Made by a program: the position numbers and the translations under genes. Shown piece by piece: positions 15,301 to 30,300 of a stretch of 64,000 nucleotides of DNA. The notes below the pieces were generated by a model, which worked only from the letters and a program-made list of their open reading frames with translations, was not told where the DNA came from and ran no database searches. This DNA comes from Ylistrum balloti. Taxonomy: Eukaryota. The stretch is taken from positions 2,294,001-2,358,000 of the forward strand of contig NW_026781917.1 of assembly GCF_031769215.1 (NCBI RefSeq), written 5' to 3'. The first letter of the stretch is position 1. Each line of letters begins with the position of its first letter.

Positions 15301-18300
15301 ACTTAAGTGACTAGTGATGATATTTTGTTGTGTAGGTATGGCTGAGCAAACTTGCTGAGGAGATGAAAGCAACATTACAAGAGCTTCTCCGTGAGTGTCT
15401 ACAGGACTCAAAAAAGAGCCAAGGAGGGCTTGATCCAAGCAAATACCCTTCACAGGTAAGTTTATAAACTTGTCAAATATGTGTCTTAAAGCTATAGTCT
15501 CAAGTTTTTTTTTAACAATTTGTAACTATACCCAAACCAGGTTAAGATTTTGTACATGTGCTTGGTTCACACCACGGCTGATATATTAGATGCCCAACCT
15601 CACCTCGTGATTTGCTACTTAAAAACTTCCCTTATTCCCCCTTCAGAGTAAAACCTCACTGTTTAACACCCAACAAAGGCTATACAAATTTCTATTTTTG
15701 AGGATGAATGAATAAATTTTGATGTTCTCATCATAGGTGCTGTGTCTGGCTGAACAAATCCGATTCACCGAGTCGTGCGAGAATGCAATTAGCAAGGGCA
15801 ACCTACCTGGTTACCAGCGGGAGCTGGAGGCACAACTTGAGTCATACACCAGTGTGGACTTGAGTGAGGAAAGTGGGGTCGAAGGTCATGTCCTTGACCT
15901 TAAACTCAAAGCCCTGATTCTGGACACGATTCATGCCATAGATGTGGTACAACAGCTGACCAAGCAGGGCTGTCGCAATATCCAGGATTGGATGTGGAAC
16001 AAACAGCTCAGGTATAGATCTCCTGGACCTGTTATATTGTATTGTTTGTTTTTGGTTGGACAAGGGTGTTTTCTTATTTGTAAGTCTAGCAGAATTTGCC
16101 CCAAAAGTGTTTAGTCATTCTATATAAAGGGATATGTCTGTGTAGTGGCTATAAGAGGTGAAATTATTAATTTTCATAGTAGTTTTATTGTCATTTATTT
16201 CATGGTTACTATTAACTTATGAGTTTTTATGTCTACAAACTGTTAAAAGTAGTGTCAGCAAATTTATTTTTATCAACAAAATCTTCAATCTTTTAAATCT
16301 TGAAAATTGAGCCTATGAAAATATCTGATTTCACAGTAGTTAAAGGTAAGGTAAGAGAAGAGAAGTACAAGGCATGTTGGCAAGATGATAGTTTACAGCA
16401 ATGAGGAATTCTGTTTTATTGGCTCAACAACTGTTTATTTTCTGGATTTACATACATTTGGTTGAAGTTTTAGGTCAAGTGTTGCTCTTAAAGGTATTTT
16501 CACAAAAAATAAAATTAAATGACAAGATATTTAGAATTATAGATCACCGATCTAATTATACTTTGGAGTAATGGAATCCTGATTGCAAAGAAATAAGGAA
16601 TTGAAACTAAATGAAAAAATAAAAAAAATAAAAAAAAACTTAAAAAGTACATTTTTTAGATGGTATAAGAAACTGAAAACATCTTGTTTCATTTGATCTT
16701 TATACCCTGTAGGTTTTACCTGAAGCGGGATGGTACGTGTGGCATCAGAATGGTGGACGCAGAGTTTGACTATACGTATGAGTACCAGGGCAACGCCCAG
16801 AAGCTGGTACACACCCCTCTTACTGACAAATGCTACCTTACTCTAACACAGGGTAGGTACTGTACAGGGAATACTTACTATATTTACTATTCAATAAACT
16901 CAGGCTCATAAATAAGCTCATCCATATATATTGCTGCTTGGTAGGATTGCAAAATAAGTTAGGTCATTGTACATTAATAAGCCCACTTATTTACCTAGAG
17001 TTTGATAGGATGTTTTGGTCCACCTTGCTGGTTAAGTTCTGTATGAACTATTGGATAGTTGGAAATATTCAAATGTGATTTGATTTCACTAAGTTCAGGG
17101 TCATAGAAGAGAGCATGAAATAAGATACCTGACAAATGATTTTACACTCAATATAGATCTCTGAATATGTATGTAATATGCCCAGGTACATAGGTATCAC
17201 ATTTCACAAAATTTACTTTGAATAACTTGCCCCAACCAGGACAAATGTGTAACTGCCAAATTGAAGTAACTAGAGAGTCTTATATTGAAATTTGAAATGT
17301 GACATATTTTTAGGTATGCATATGGGGTTGGGAGGAAACCCCTATGGTCCTGCTGGTACAGGTAAAACAGAATCAGTGAAGGCCATTGGAGGACTGTTTG
17401 GACGACAAGTGCTTGTATTTAACTGTGATGAGGTACGTCATTCTAAAGTTTTACTGAAATTGAAAATGGAGGGTGGAGGTCAAATGAATGTTTGAGAATT
17501 GGGAAACTGGCTAATTTTTTCTTTTGATACACCAGTTTAGATTAAGAATCATTAATAAACACCGAAAAAAAAAATATTTCTAAGCAATTAAGGTTCTATC
17601 TTTTCTGAAATTCTGAAAAAGTTCTGTAAATGTACATTTTATATGGCTTATACATTTTTTAAATGCTTTTATGCTTAGAATTACATTACATTAAATAAAA
17701 AAGAAAAAAGGGGAAAAAAAATGAAAAAAAAAAAAAATGAAAAATAATTGCTGAAAATGTCCAAAAGTTAGCACATTTGCCTTTCAACAAAGCAAATGAG
17801 ATTTGTTTCCTCCTTCAGGCAATTGTAAAGATATGACTTGACCTGCAAGACTACCTGGCTTTTTCTTTGATTAATCCCATATTCAGAACTCCTGCAAATA
17901 TTCAACAAGTAACTGATCATGAAGTTGTGGACTGGTTTGAAAAATTTATATTTGAAAGATGAATATATTTTGATAAGACATTTGACCTAACAGAATTGTA
18001 AATATTTTTTTAATCTTTTGCTAGGGTATCGATGTAAAATCGATGGGCCGTATCTTTATTGGTCTGGTGAAGTGTGGTGCGTGGGGATGTTTTGACGAGT
18101 TTAATCGTCTAGAGGAAGCTGTGTTGTCTGCGGTATCCATGCAGATCCAGATAATCCAGGACAGTATCAAAAACAGGGTACCCTTCGCAGAGCTTCTCGG
18201 CAGAAATGTAAGTCTTCATTCACAAAATTATGGGAAGAAATCTTCGGACAATATATTGTCATTTTATTCTTGCTTTTTTAAAAGTTGTCAGTAATGTTTG

Positions 18301-21300
18301 TAGGATCTTTTCAAGCACTGGATATGTCAACTTGGAACTTGATTAAAATCTAAATCTCTGTTTTTCACTCCACAATTATAACAGGGAGATAAATTAGTTT
18401 TGAAAATTTGCAAATGACATCCAGTTTCCAAGAAAGGAAAAGAAATTTATCTTTACATGTATCTATCATATCTATCCTGAAATAAGACTAGGGGGAACAC
18501 TTAACGTTTGTTTCAAGGTCAGGGGGTGGGCTTATTACAGGACATTTGTTTGTAATTCTATTGATGATAATATATATAGATTAAAAAATATACTACTATG
18601 TGACATGGCATAGCATTAGATATATATATCACATGTTATACATTACATTCTCTGATCAAAGGTTGACATCGACCACAACTCCGGCATCTTCATCACCATG
18701 AACCCAGCAGGAAAGGGATACGGAGGTAGACAGAAACTCCCCGACAATCTCAAACAGCTGTTCCGTCCTGTAGCCATGTCTAGGCCAGACAATGAACAGA
18801 TTGCTGAGGTCATTCTTTTCTCAGAAGGGTTCAAACAGGGCAAAGAACTTGGACGTAAACTCGTGGCCATTTTCAACCTTTCAAAGTGAGTGTGATAGTG
18901 GGTTTCGAGTGGCTTGCTGTTTGAATTCTTTCTGAGTAAAACTTAATCACTCATTAAAGCTTTGTGGACTACAAAATCTGAGATTTCCTATAATATACAA
19001 ACATATTTGGGATCTCATGTAGAGATTGTTAATTCCTGTAGGTTATCATTGATGATTTTACTAGAAATGAAATCCTAAGTCAAAAGTAAGATATAAAAAA
19101 CCACTGGATTTGAAAGAAAACCTGTTAAAAACAAACACATTCGCGACCATCAGTTTCCTTAGACATACTGTGTAGGTAATAGTTTTTTGGAAATGTAAAT
19201 TTGTTGGATGATGCAGAGGACTTGTTGTGGGTTTTTTTGTGTATGTGTCTCTTTGTCTTATGATACAAATGTTAAACATTTAGGTCCATTGATTTGTTAC
19301 TTGTATTGTATAACTGAATGTACAAAATTCACAAAACTTTATGATATTATTGAATTAGAGGTCTATGTTACCTATATTATTACAATGTAGGTCATCAGGA
19401 CCTATTTTCTACCTCACTGTTTTCAATTAGACTTTTAATTTAGGTCTGTTGCAATCCAAGCATATTCAGCAAAAATGTTGTAGACATACTTGACCTTGTT
19501 AACCTTATTGACCTGTTAGCCTTCAATCTTATTGACCTATTAACCTTCACCCATATTGACCTATTAACCTTGCCACTTATTGAATGAATGTTGATTGTGT
19601 TAGGGAGCTGTTGACACCCCAGCAACACTATGACTGGGGACTGCGTGCCCTGAAAACTGTCCTTAGAGGGTGTGGTAACCTTCTACAAATGCAAAAGAGG
19701 AAAGGAAGTGAGTACTTTCTGAAACAGATTTAATCTATAATTGTTTTCATGGTAAAGTTGTTGAATTTTAAATTTAAGAAGTTATTTATCTTTAATACAC
19801 TTCATCTCTCTTGGATCTGTTTCATTTATGTCTATATTATGTTTGCATTGAGAATTGGTTTCTTTCAAATTTTATATTTAAGAATCATTAAACACCTAAT
19901 ATAACTGTAAAAAAAACTTGAGAGTAAGGCATGCTTAGAAGTTCAAATTAAAAAAAATCTGGTATGTTGTTATAGGTAAAATTGATCCAAAGCTAGAAGC
20001 CAAACTTGTAGTACAAGCTCTCCGCATCAACACTATTTCCAAACTCACATTCTCGGACTGTTCACGCTTCAATGCCCTGGTGAGTGATGTGTTCCCAGGG
20101 ATTGAGTTTAAGGACATTGAGTATGAGGAGCTCGCCCAGGCTATCCGATCAGTCTGTGAGGAGAAAAACCTTCGAGTCAATGAACTGCAGGTAAGGTTGT
20201 TGACAAGTGGGATGTTTTTTGCTTATTTTTTGTCTCTAAAATGAAACTTTCAGCTTTACATGTTTCTGAAATAACATTCTGTTAATAATGAGGGGAAACT
20301 CGGTTGCCATAGTATGTGCTTAATTTCAAGAATGTTCACTTTTGTAAGTTTTTTTTGTGAAGACTGTACTCAATTTGATCTTGGCTTTGATACAATGTTC
20401 AGTGTGACCTTGACCTTTCAATGCTTAGAAATACCTTAACCTTTTACAATAATCTTGAACTTGGAACTAATTGTTTGACTGAGGAAAAATATTAAATATA
20501 ACATATATTCTATTTTTAAAATGACTTTGACTTAGATGAAATATTGAATATGACCTTGACCTTGAAAAGATGGAAATTTATTGTTTGCAATGATAACATT
20601 TCAGCATACTTTTGCTTGGCCTATATTCTCAATGTGACCTTAACCTCTTACTGTATAAATTTGACCTTTGATCCTGGTGAATTTTTAATTTATGCATACA
20701 TGCAGCATGCATGACATAATTAAAATGAGCGTAATCTCTTACTTAATGTGACCTTGACCTTTACAGATTAAGAAGTCTCTAGAGTTGTATGAGCAGCTTA
20801 GACAGAGAACAGGGGTGGTGGTTGTTGGACCCAGTGGCTCTGGAAAATCCACTCTGTGGAGGATATTGAGACAGGGCATGAAGAAGATTGGTAAAAAGGT
20901 GAACAAATACACCATGAATCCTAAGGCCATGCATCGGACACAGGTCAGTTTACCAGATATTTTTTACCCAAACAATGAATTTTCCCAAATATGAGATTAA
21001 CAAGATTTCAAAATAAAAGTTTTAATTTAACATTTTTAATTAATTCATAAAAGAATTTTAAAACAACTGAAATTGATCTTTTCTTTATTGTTTGTAAACA
21101 ATTTTTCTTGAAATGTAATTTTTCTGTTTAAATTCAACTATTCTGAAAATTTTTGAATCATTTGATAAGTTTTACATACAAAATAACATAAAATCATCAA
21201 TTTTTAAAAAATATAACCTGACACATACATCTTATATTGTAAGATTTTTTTATGTCAGTCAATAAATAAATATTTTGCTAAATATTCACAGCTGCTTGGA

Positions 21301-24300
21301 CATATTGACATGGACACAAGAGAGTGGACAGATGGAGTCTTAACCAACAGTGCCAGACAGGTAGTCAAGGAACCCAAAGGTACAACGTCTTTACAGATAT
21401 CCTGCTACTTCAAATTTTGTAACAGATATTGAGTGTATAGTATATTATTGACCAGTGGTCAGTGGTCATTTGGTAAATTGACAGTACCTGAGTATGCTTA
21501 GTTTCCTATCTTAGGTACTGTAAATAAATTCTCTATCATGTGACTTAATTTCTTGATCAAAATCAATTAATTAGAGTTAATTATTTGGAATTAAAAACAG
21601 GGTGATAGAAATCAATTAGGTTATAACAAACTGCAGTCAGTTCCAATAAAGTAAATTGACACAAACTTTTTGTGATGGGAGAATTGAGAAATTTAGAAGC
21701 AGCAAAAAAGTAAATCATCAGAGACTTTGTTGTGATGCAAAAATCAGGAAATGTTTAAGTGAAAAATGGTAAGAAATGATTTTCACTACAAACCAGATCA
21801 TCTCTTTGAAAAAATAGATACGTTCTTGTAAAAATACTTTGTTAACTATACAGACTTTACATTAAAACTCAGAATCTATTCCTGTTTCCTTTTCATTGGG
21901 GTTTCTTTAAAACTGTCTAGAATAGTTAATAGATAAGGCAATATATATATATGTATACATTGACAGAGGTCCAGTCCTGGATTATCTGTGACGGCGACAT
22001 TGATCCTGAGTGGATTGAGTCCTTGAATTCTGTCCTGGACGACAACAGACTCCTCACAATGCCCTCTGGTGAAAGAATTCAGTTCGGTCCAAATGTTAAC
22101 TTCCTGTTTGAGACACATGACTTGAGCTGTGCTTCCCCGGCTACGATCTCCAGAATGGGCATGATTTTCCTCAGGTACACCAAGGTTCCAGCAGTAGAGA
22201 TAGAATTAAATCTTTGTTTTATGGTATCTTCTCTCAAGGCTTTTTACATCCTCAAACTTTTTGCCTGAGTTTGTGCAAATCTACTAGACTATTTCCTGAT
22301 AGTGAGAAAGGACTTAAAAATTGAAATAATTTTATGCAAATCACGAAAATTCAACTAAAACCTTCACCTTTATCAATGGCTGCAGTAACTTGCCTTTGGA
22401 ATGAAAATGTTGACCCAGTATTAATTGATATATCTCGAAATTGTCATATAACTAGGAACAATATTTAACGACACAGAAATCTTGTATCATTTTCAGGAAT
22501 CTTGATTTTTATTTATGATATAGAATCTGTTTGTTTACTTAAGTGTGTTTAGTAACAGATATTAATTGTTTTTGATGGTCAGTGATGAAGACACCGATGT
22601 GAAGGCACTGGTCAGTTCGTGGCTGTCCTCACAACCTGAACATGAACAGCACATTCTGTCTGGCTGGATAGAGGACCATTTCTATAAGGCTGTGGAATGG
22701 GTTCTTCGTGTTGTATGTAAAACTTACCTTGTCTGTCTTCATGGTTATTATACTCTACAAAAAATTGTTCTCTTACAGACAGAATCTTTTACAAAAGAAA
22801 TTTAGACAAATACACATATCTCGGATATCCCTAACTAAGTTAATTTTTCTTGTTTTTGAAATATTTTTGAAAATGTGTTAGCTTTTTAACTGAAAATAGA
22901 TTTTTACAAATAAGCTTCAATATTCAAATAATCATTTTTGTAGGTCTGATTTTTGAAAATGAGAGTTTTAATTTTTATATTTGCAGAATGATTCTGTGGT
23001 AGAGACCAGTAGGATTGGTGTAGTCCTGAACGGTCTGTCACATCTCCACAATGTCAGGAACAAGGCACACTTCGCTGTCTGTCTCATCCACGGACTTGGT
23101 GGAAATCTCAACGAGGGTAGCAGAGAGACATTTGCCAAGGAGGTAAGTACTGACCCATTTCTGTATTTCCCTTTCTAGTGGGCTCTGTATACAGAACGTT
23201 TAGCCAAGAAGATTTGGAGTTCTACTAAATATGATGGAAGTTTCATATATTCTGCTGCAATTTTTCTTCAGTCATTAAAATTGCAATGAAATAATCTTTG
23301 GTTCCTTAAAATTTGCCTCTTTGAAGATTTAAGATCACCAATTAAAACAAAAATTAGAATCAATGTCTGCTCATTTTCAAGACCTGGGCAGGGAACATTT
23401 ACAAAAATTCTATACCGTATTTGTGTAGGAAAATTACCTTCTCATCCAGGTATTTTTGAAGGAATCTTCCTATTTTTATCGAATTAGCAGAATGCTCATG
23501 AGGATTAATGGATTTATTTATGTACAGAATACACGTTAAAATCAATTTCTACAGAGATACCTACATCACCAACCAATTATTTCTAACAACTTGTTACAGA
23601 AACAAAAAATTGAGAATCATCTCAATATTTTCCCAAGTTTAGACTATCTATCGATATAAATGGCTTTTTCTTGATAACAGGTATTTTCCTGGACACAAGA
23701 GTCTCCACCTGACTCACGGCGTCCCCTGGATACTTACTATGATGAGAATATGGGTCGCCTGATGACCTACAGTATGGAGGTAAGAATCAGACCAGAATGA
23801 GGCTGTTGTGCTTCTGGTGTTTAAGGATTGTAGAACATGTTGTAAATCTACACATGGCGATTGGATTACCTCCCCTTACTAAAATCATCTGTTTCAGCCT
23901 GAAACTTGCCAGCATGTCTATCTAATCTCTTATTATGACAACAATTCATCATTATCAAATATCTTGAAATTTGAAAAATATAAAAATACACTGTTTGTAA
24001 CATTTCAGAGGGGTAAGGTTTGTCAAATTTGGAAATTACTACGGCAGGTCTCATTATTTTCTTTGAAAACTTCCCTTAGATCAATATTATGACTCTAACA
24101 TCCATTTCCATTTTGTAAGTTAATAGTGCTTAAGCTTGTCAGATGAGTTACATTTTTGGACTTGTGAAATGAAATTATAAAAGAAATTTATTCTGATACA
24201 GTGTAGCTGGTTATTTTCACAAGTCAAAATGTTCGCGATTCTCTTTTTAACTGATTGAATAGATTATCACAAATTAAGCATTCATCATCTGGATAGAAAA

Positions 24301-27300
24301 AGTCAGTTTCATGTACTGTGAAATAGCACAAATATCATCCCCGAAAACAATATATGGTAGCACTGTTTGTAACATTCTTACCTTGTTTCTTAGATGGTTC
24401 TGTATCAACATGATTCTACTATGATAGCTTGTTGTATAAACCTTTAAACTAAGTTACTGTAAACTCATCATTTTTTGTGAGATTTTATTTTCATCATTTT
24501 GTGGTTGCCTATTCACAAAGTCAGATGTCCATGAAATTATAAACAATTAAAAATTTACTCAAATTTTTAGTGCTGGTGGATTTTGTGAGTCAGATTTTGT
24601 CCACATATTAAGTCAGCTGTCCACGAAACTTTAATCAAAAGAGAAAGAAATCTGAGCCCTTCCTGAATATATGAGTTTACAGTAACCTATGGGAGTGGTT
24701 TGGTTATTTGTAACAATTTCTCTCGTCTTTAAAACTTGATGCTTTTTAATCTATCAGGTTTTATTTTGTACCATATTCATCCTATGATAGGCCCATGTCT
24801 TGAAAATAAGCACACCCCTCCCTTTAGGTGTTCAATAAAATTTACAAAAGATTTTTTCCATGTCCTGTCATACACTCACCCCTATCTACAGCTCTCAATA
24901 GGATTGACAAAAAGCCTTTATCATTGTCCTGCCATATGCCCACCCCTTGATTTGTAAATTTATTGACACCCTAGGCTTATTGAAGGATGAAGGCAGTGAA
25001 AACTATATTGTGATTAATTTTCTGTTTTATTTCTGACACCATATTTATTAACTTTCTCCACCACATTTTTGCATTAGTATTTGTTGTAAGAAAGTGAAAT
25101 CTCACCTTTAATAGAAATTATTGGATGTTGATCATGTGACTTTCAACATATATCAATGGTGGTAGTGGTTTCTGTAGTGAATGTATATAGCTCTTGCTTG
25201 TTGAGTATTTGACTAATTTATCAACCTTCAGATTTTAGCGATTTGTTTGTTTTCCTCTCAGATTGACAGGTCTTATAAAATAGATTTACTACATAACCTT
25301 CCCTGATGTTGCCTTTAATATGTCCTATTCTTGGTAACCACTTTCAATGTCATTATTATTTTTTTGCAGTAACCTTTATGATGTTGTATGAACTTTATGA
25401 TGTTGTACAATCATCCTGTGTATCTTGTATCATATTACAGATTACAGCTTATTATAACGGGGTATGACTCTGTCAGTTAGTTAGTTCCCAAGTTCCTAGT
25501 ATTATGATTACTGGCTATTCCATGTGCTGGTCTCCACCAATATCTCCAAAAACCTTAACATATTCAACTGAAAGAATTTAACTGCAAATGGAACTTTTTT
25601 AGTTTCAGCAAGGAACATCACAAATTTTGAGAGAAAGAAAAAAAATAAGAAAATGACAAAAAAGTTTTTTTTAAAAAAAAATAAGGAACATTCAGTTCAT
25701 CTTCTTTGAAAAAATTGTTCAATTTTTGTACAAAGTGAATTTGAAATGTGAAAAGCTAATTTTAGGCCATATCATCTTTTTTCAAGATACTTGCCTGCTT
25801 TTCAGTCAAGTGTATGATTAGAAACTTGAAACTTTAGTCCAAACAGTGATTTTGTTTGAAATAGAATTCACAATATTAGACCTGAATGTGGTTTGAGGGT
25901 GAGATATTGGTGAATTGGGTCAGTCTTGTATTAATTAGAATATTTGTTGGAAAAGTTTTAAATTTAGTGTTTTATAGTTTGTTGAAAGTTAAAGCTATAC
26001 TTTTCAGGAATGGCTTCTTCACTGCCATGCTTTTTACTTACAGCCAGAAATGTATTGATTTAGAATTACTCCTTAGTTCTCTGACCATGTCTGTCACTAG
26101 CTGTAATAATATGGCTGAGATTTACAAAATATAGACATGGAATTTTAAAGATTGAAAACATTTCTAAGTAGTAAAGCATAAGTCATTCAGATCTTCAGAG
26201 ACATATAGAAATATATATATATATATGTATATGAAGTTTTTTTCTTTTCAACCATTTTTTTGTTCATATAAATGTGTTGCAAAATTTCAAGAACTACTTA
26301 TATTTTTAAAAAAAAAAATTTTTGATTGTTTCCATTTACCTCAATGAATGTCTGTAAAGTACCTCATTTTTTTAGAGAATGTAAAAATTATATGATATTT
26401 TTGCTACAGTTGAAAATGAAACCATTAACTGAGTTGGTTTGAAAGCATTGCTACACATTTATCTGTACAATTCTTCAGTTCTTCAGGATGTAGTTCACAT
26501 CTGTAGCCAAATCTACCTAGTCTATAGGCAACTTCACAGTAAAACAAATTTATCATGAACTCAGTTTGTGAATTTCAAACAAGTTATGATTTTGATATTT
26601 TAGATCTTTAATGCCTATAGAAACAGGCATCATAGACCATATAAGAAATGTTATCTAGTGGAGTTTGACATTAATGTAAGGACACACAGAATCTATAAAC
26701 ACTGTCAGCTGGCCATGTAAGCTGCTCAGCTGTAACCTATTTGGCTCCAAACACATAGCTCTGACTAGTCCAATTACTTATATTGTTAAATCATTCATTT
26801 TCATGATTATCATAAATTACTTAGATTTTACAAATATTTCATTTTGCAAACTTCCTCTAAAGACATGTTCATATATACATGATATTGCAAACGTTGATCT
26901 AGAAATCACTTAAAATTCTCAAATAATGAGCTATTAGTGACCTGAACTTTGCAAGACTCGAATATTGGTAACAGAATCAACATGGATGCTATCCAGAGTC
27001 ATAATTGTACAAATAGTTATGAGGGAGTAGGATTCGCAGTTGACTCTACTCACATATTAACACGAAAATAATTCCTATTCAAAATATACCATTGGTGAGT
27101 GATTTACAGTATAAATCATAAGATTGGTGTGAAACTCTGCTACAATAGAAACATTTATGGTTGTCTTGGGTTCATTATAACAGTGTTTTACTGTAAGTTA
27201 TTAAGAAAGTATAATATTTTTAGCATGGCCTCTACATATATAATATAGATAACATTGGCTGACAACATTCATACTGCTTTTTATTATTGTAGAAATTGTA

Positions 27301-30300
27301 GATCATGTCATGCTTCACAAAATTATATTCAGAAAAGCAGTGGATATAGATATATGTTTTAGTTAGATTATGATGTGTTATCTCCAAAAAGTATAAAAGT
27401 CTTGAACAAGACTTTTTTATTGAAAATATCAAACACATAATGTACCTGTCTTCTCTAGCATTTCTTCATGATGTCTGTTACACAAATTTCTTTAGTTGCT
27501 GATGTGTGAATATAAATATTGATCATTGGTAGGCATGCATGCTATCAATATAAGACAGTTATTTGAAAAAGAATTTGTTTGAACATTTTATTGTATCAAA
27601 ATTTACCTTTCATATAGGGATCTTCAAATTGAATCTTCAGCTTCATATGGCAATGACAGGACATAGTTTTTGTTTTCAATCATTATGTCTTTATATAAGT
27701 CTGATTTACTATAAATTTTGTATAAATTGGTAAAAAATAACTTTTATTTTTTTTTTTTTAAATCTGATTAATCCATTTGTTTTTGTCAGACTTCCGGCGA
27801 TTTGTCTGCAGACAACTTTACTGTGAGTTCATCCTCCCTACCAGTGATACGAACTGGCGATGTTCAGAGAGGACTTGACTACTTTATGCCCTGGCTTCAA
27901 CAGGACAACAAACATCCATTTATTCTGGTGGGACCGGAGGGCTGTGGTAAAGGGTAGGCGCTGTTTAGTGTATTTGCCTGGAAACAAGTCCAGGGGCCAA
28001 TGTGACATGCTATTCAAAGCCAGGGGGCAGGCTAATCGCAGGAACATTTCCCCGAAATTCTATAACCAAGCATGGGCTTATTGGTGGATTATACAGTAAT
28101 CAGATTGAAATGGAAATCTTTTAGTTTTCTCATTTCAGTTTATTTTTGAAAAAGAGAAAATACCTAGTGGTGGTAGGAAATGTATGTATTACCTATGGTG
28201 TCAAAATGGTTATACATCCATATTTTTTGCAATAGAATTTGAAATCATAAAATTATTCCATTTTCAGAGGATTTTCAGTAAGACATGTACTGAAGTCATA
28301 TTGGACACAAAAATTCCTTTATAAAAAATCAGGATTAAAAATTTTGAATTCTGTTCTGTTATTTGTAGAATGTTGCTGCGATACTGCTTTGACCAGCTAC
28401 GTTCAACACAAGTAGCCACTGTCCACTGCAGTGCTCAGACTAATCCAACCCATGTCCTACAGAAACTCAACCAATCTTGTATGGTTCTGAACACAAACAC
28501 TGGTCGTGTGTACCGACCCAAGGATTGTGAACGTCTCATTCTCTACCTCAAGGATATCAATCTACCTAAACCGGACAAGTGGGGCACATGTCAACTCATT
28601 GCCTTTCTACAACAAGTAGTGACCTACAACGGATTCTATGATACTAACCAGGAGTGGGTCGGATTAGAAGGTGTTCAGATTGTTGCCAGTATGAACGCTG
28701 GAACTGGACTAGGAAGGCATCAACTGACCACAAGATTTACCTCTGTTGTTCGGATATCATGTATTGGGTAAGTTCTGGACACAAACTGCATGACCACAAA
28801 ATTCAATTCAGTTGTTAGGATACAATGTAAAGGATAAGTTTTTCAATATCAGTTACTCATACTGACCACAAGATTCACTTAACTGTTAGGACATCCAGTG
28901 TAGAGTAAGGTCTAAACCACTTGTGACATAATTTTAATCTTAGATGTCAGGATGTCCATGGTTTGTACAGAGGATGAAAAGTGCTTGAATTTGCTCTCAA
29001 ATCCACGAAAAAGCTGGAATTCATTCTTTCTTGCTGTAAACTTGCAGTTCCGTTTCAGTGAGAACACAATTGATAAGGAACATGTTTCCAAAATGGAACA
29101 CTTAAAATACTGCGGAAGCTTTATTCTAGTATTAATTTATTATTTTGTAAAAGAAATAAAATGCACAATGGCATATTTGGCTGTGAAATAGAATGTTCTT
29201 TTGTTATTTTAATCATGGTAAAGTTCAAAAATAGATTACGTTTTTATTCTCTGCAAGTTTGGGCTAAAAATGCACTCGGAAAACCAAGTGAAAAGACTTG
29301 AATCTTTGTTTGAAAAATCTATGCAAAATATGATGTCATAAATGACTGCTGGTAGAGAAGAAAAAATTGTAGAGACCAAAACTTTATCAAAGTGGTTAGT
29401 TCGATAAAATCCTACAATAAAGTAGGGCAGCAGAAGGAGTGTAGAAGTCATACTGGATATCCTTCCATCCATTCATTTGTAACCAGTAAGCAGAATTATT
29501 GTAGAAAATGTTCTGATTATCTTGGACTGACTTTCCTGTAACTTGGTACCTATGATCAGATAATGAGATACATGTAGATTTACATTTGTTTTTTACTTTT
29601 TCGTTTCAATAATATTCCTAGGATTTCCGCCTCATCCGTGTATAAAATTCCATGTGTGATAAAGTGAATATTGTCTAGTCTTGGCTTACAATTCTAATTA
29701 TGTGTTGTAGTTATCCCGATCGGGATCAGCTACAGACCATTTATTCGGCGTACCTGCAGCCAATCATTCACAGACAGTTGGTACGCCATCCGGTGTGGGG
29801 AAATTCTTCCAAGGTTCACGCCTTGGCCGGCTCCATGGTTCAGCTGTATGAACAGGTTTGTGTGCTAGTTCAGATTTTAAATGCACTTTTGTGGAGGTTT
29901 AATTGATTTTGTCATGGAAAAATGCGATTTTTCAATTAATGATGGGAATAGGGTCTGTTGTAATAACCAAATTTACACTTTACTCGGAAAATTGTATGTT
30001 GTCCTGACTAACAATTGATGTCAGTTTTTTGTCATTTGTAAAACCATTTTATGCATTATTTAAAAGAATTGAAGAATAACAGATTCTAGAAAAAAAAATG
30101 TGAAAAAATGAAGACATTTGATGCTACACATGTCCAAGATTTATCTGACAAGTGTGTTTATGTACCATCACAGTTACGAGCACGCTTTACCGTGGATGAC
30201 TATAGTCACTACCTGTTTACCCCACGTGACCTGACAAAATGGTGTCTCAATTTCCTGCGCTATGACCTCACTGCTGGAGCGAAGGAAGGATCAAGTGACC

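Noticed and set aside
26410-26436. 27-nt in-frame cassette (LKMKPLTEL) with UGC before the AG in intron 38
   Set aside because: The donor TTG|GTTTGA is weak, and such matches are expected by chance in 4 kb of AT-rich DNA.
26699-26772. Imperfect hairpin (gtcag...ctgac) as a miRNA or H/ACA snoRNA
   Set aside because: The stem is interrupted and short, and I do not recognise a mature miRNA or a paired H/ACA architecture.
23780-27789. Nested protein-coding gene in the 4-kb introns (also 37472-41639, including the Cys-rich stretch 40716-40829 and ORF 40537-40755)
   Set aside because: I found only short ORFs and isolated splice-like sites; they do not chain into a consistent reading frame or a recognisable protein on either strand.
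29622-29663. 42-nt frame-preserving cassette behind a strong pyrimidine tract in intron 40
   Set aside because: The donor is weak and would leave only a 47-nt downstream intron, far below the smallest intron seen here (137 nt).
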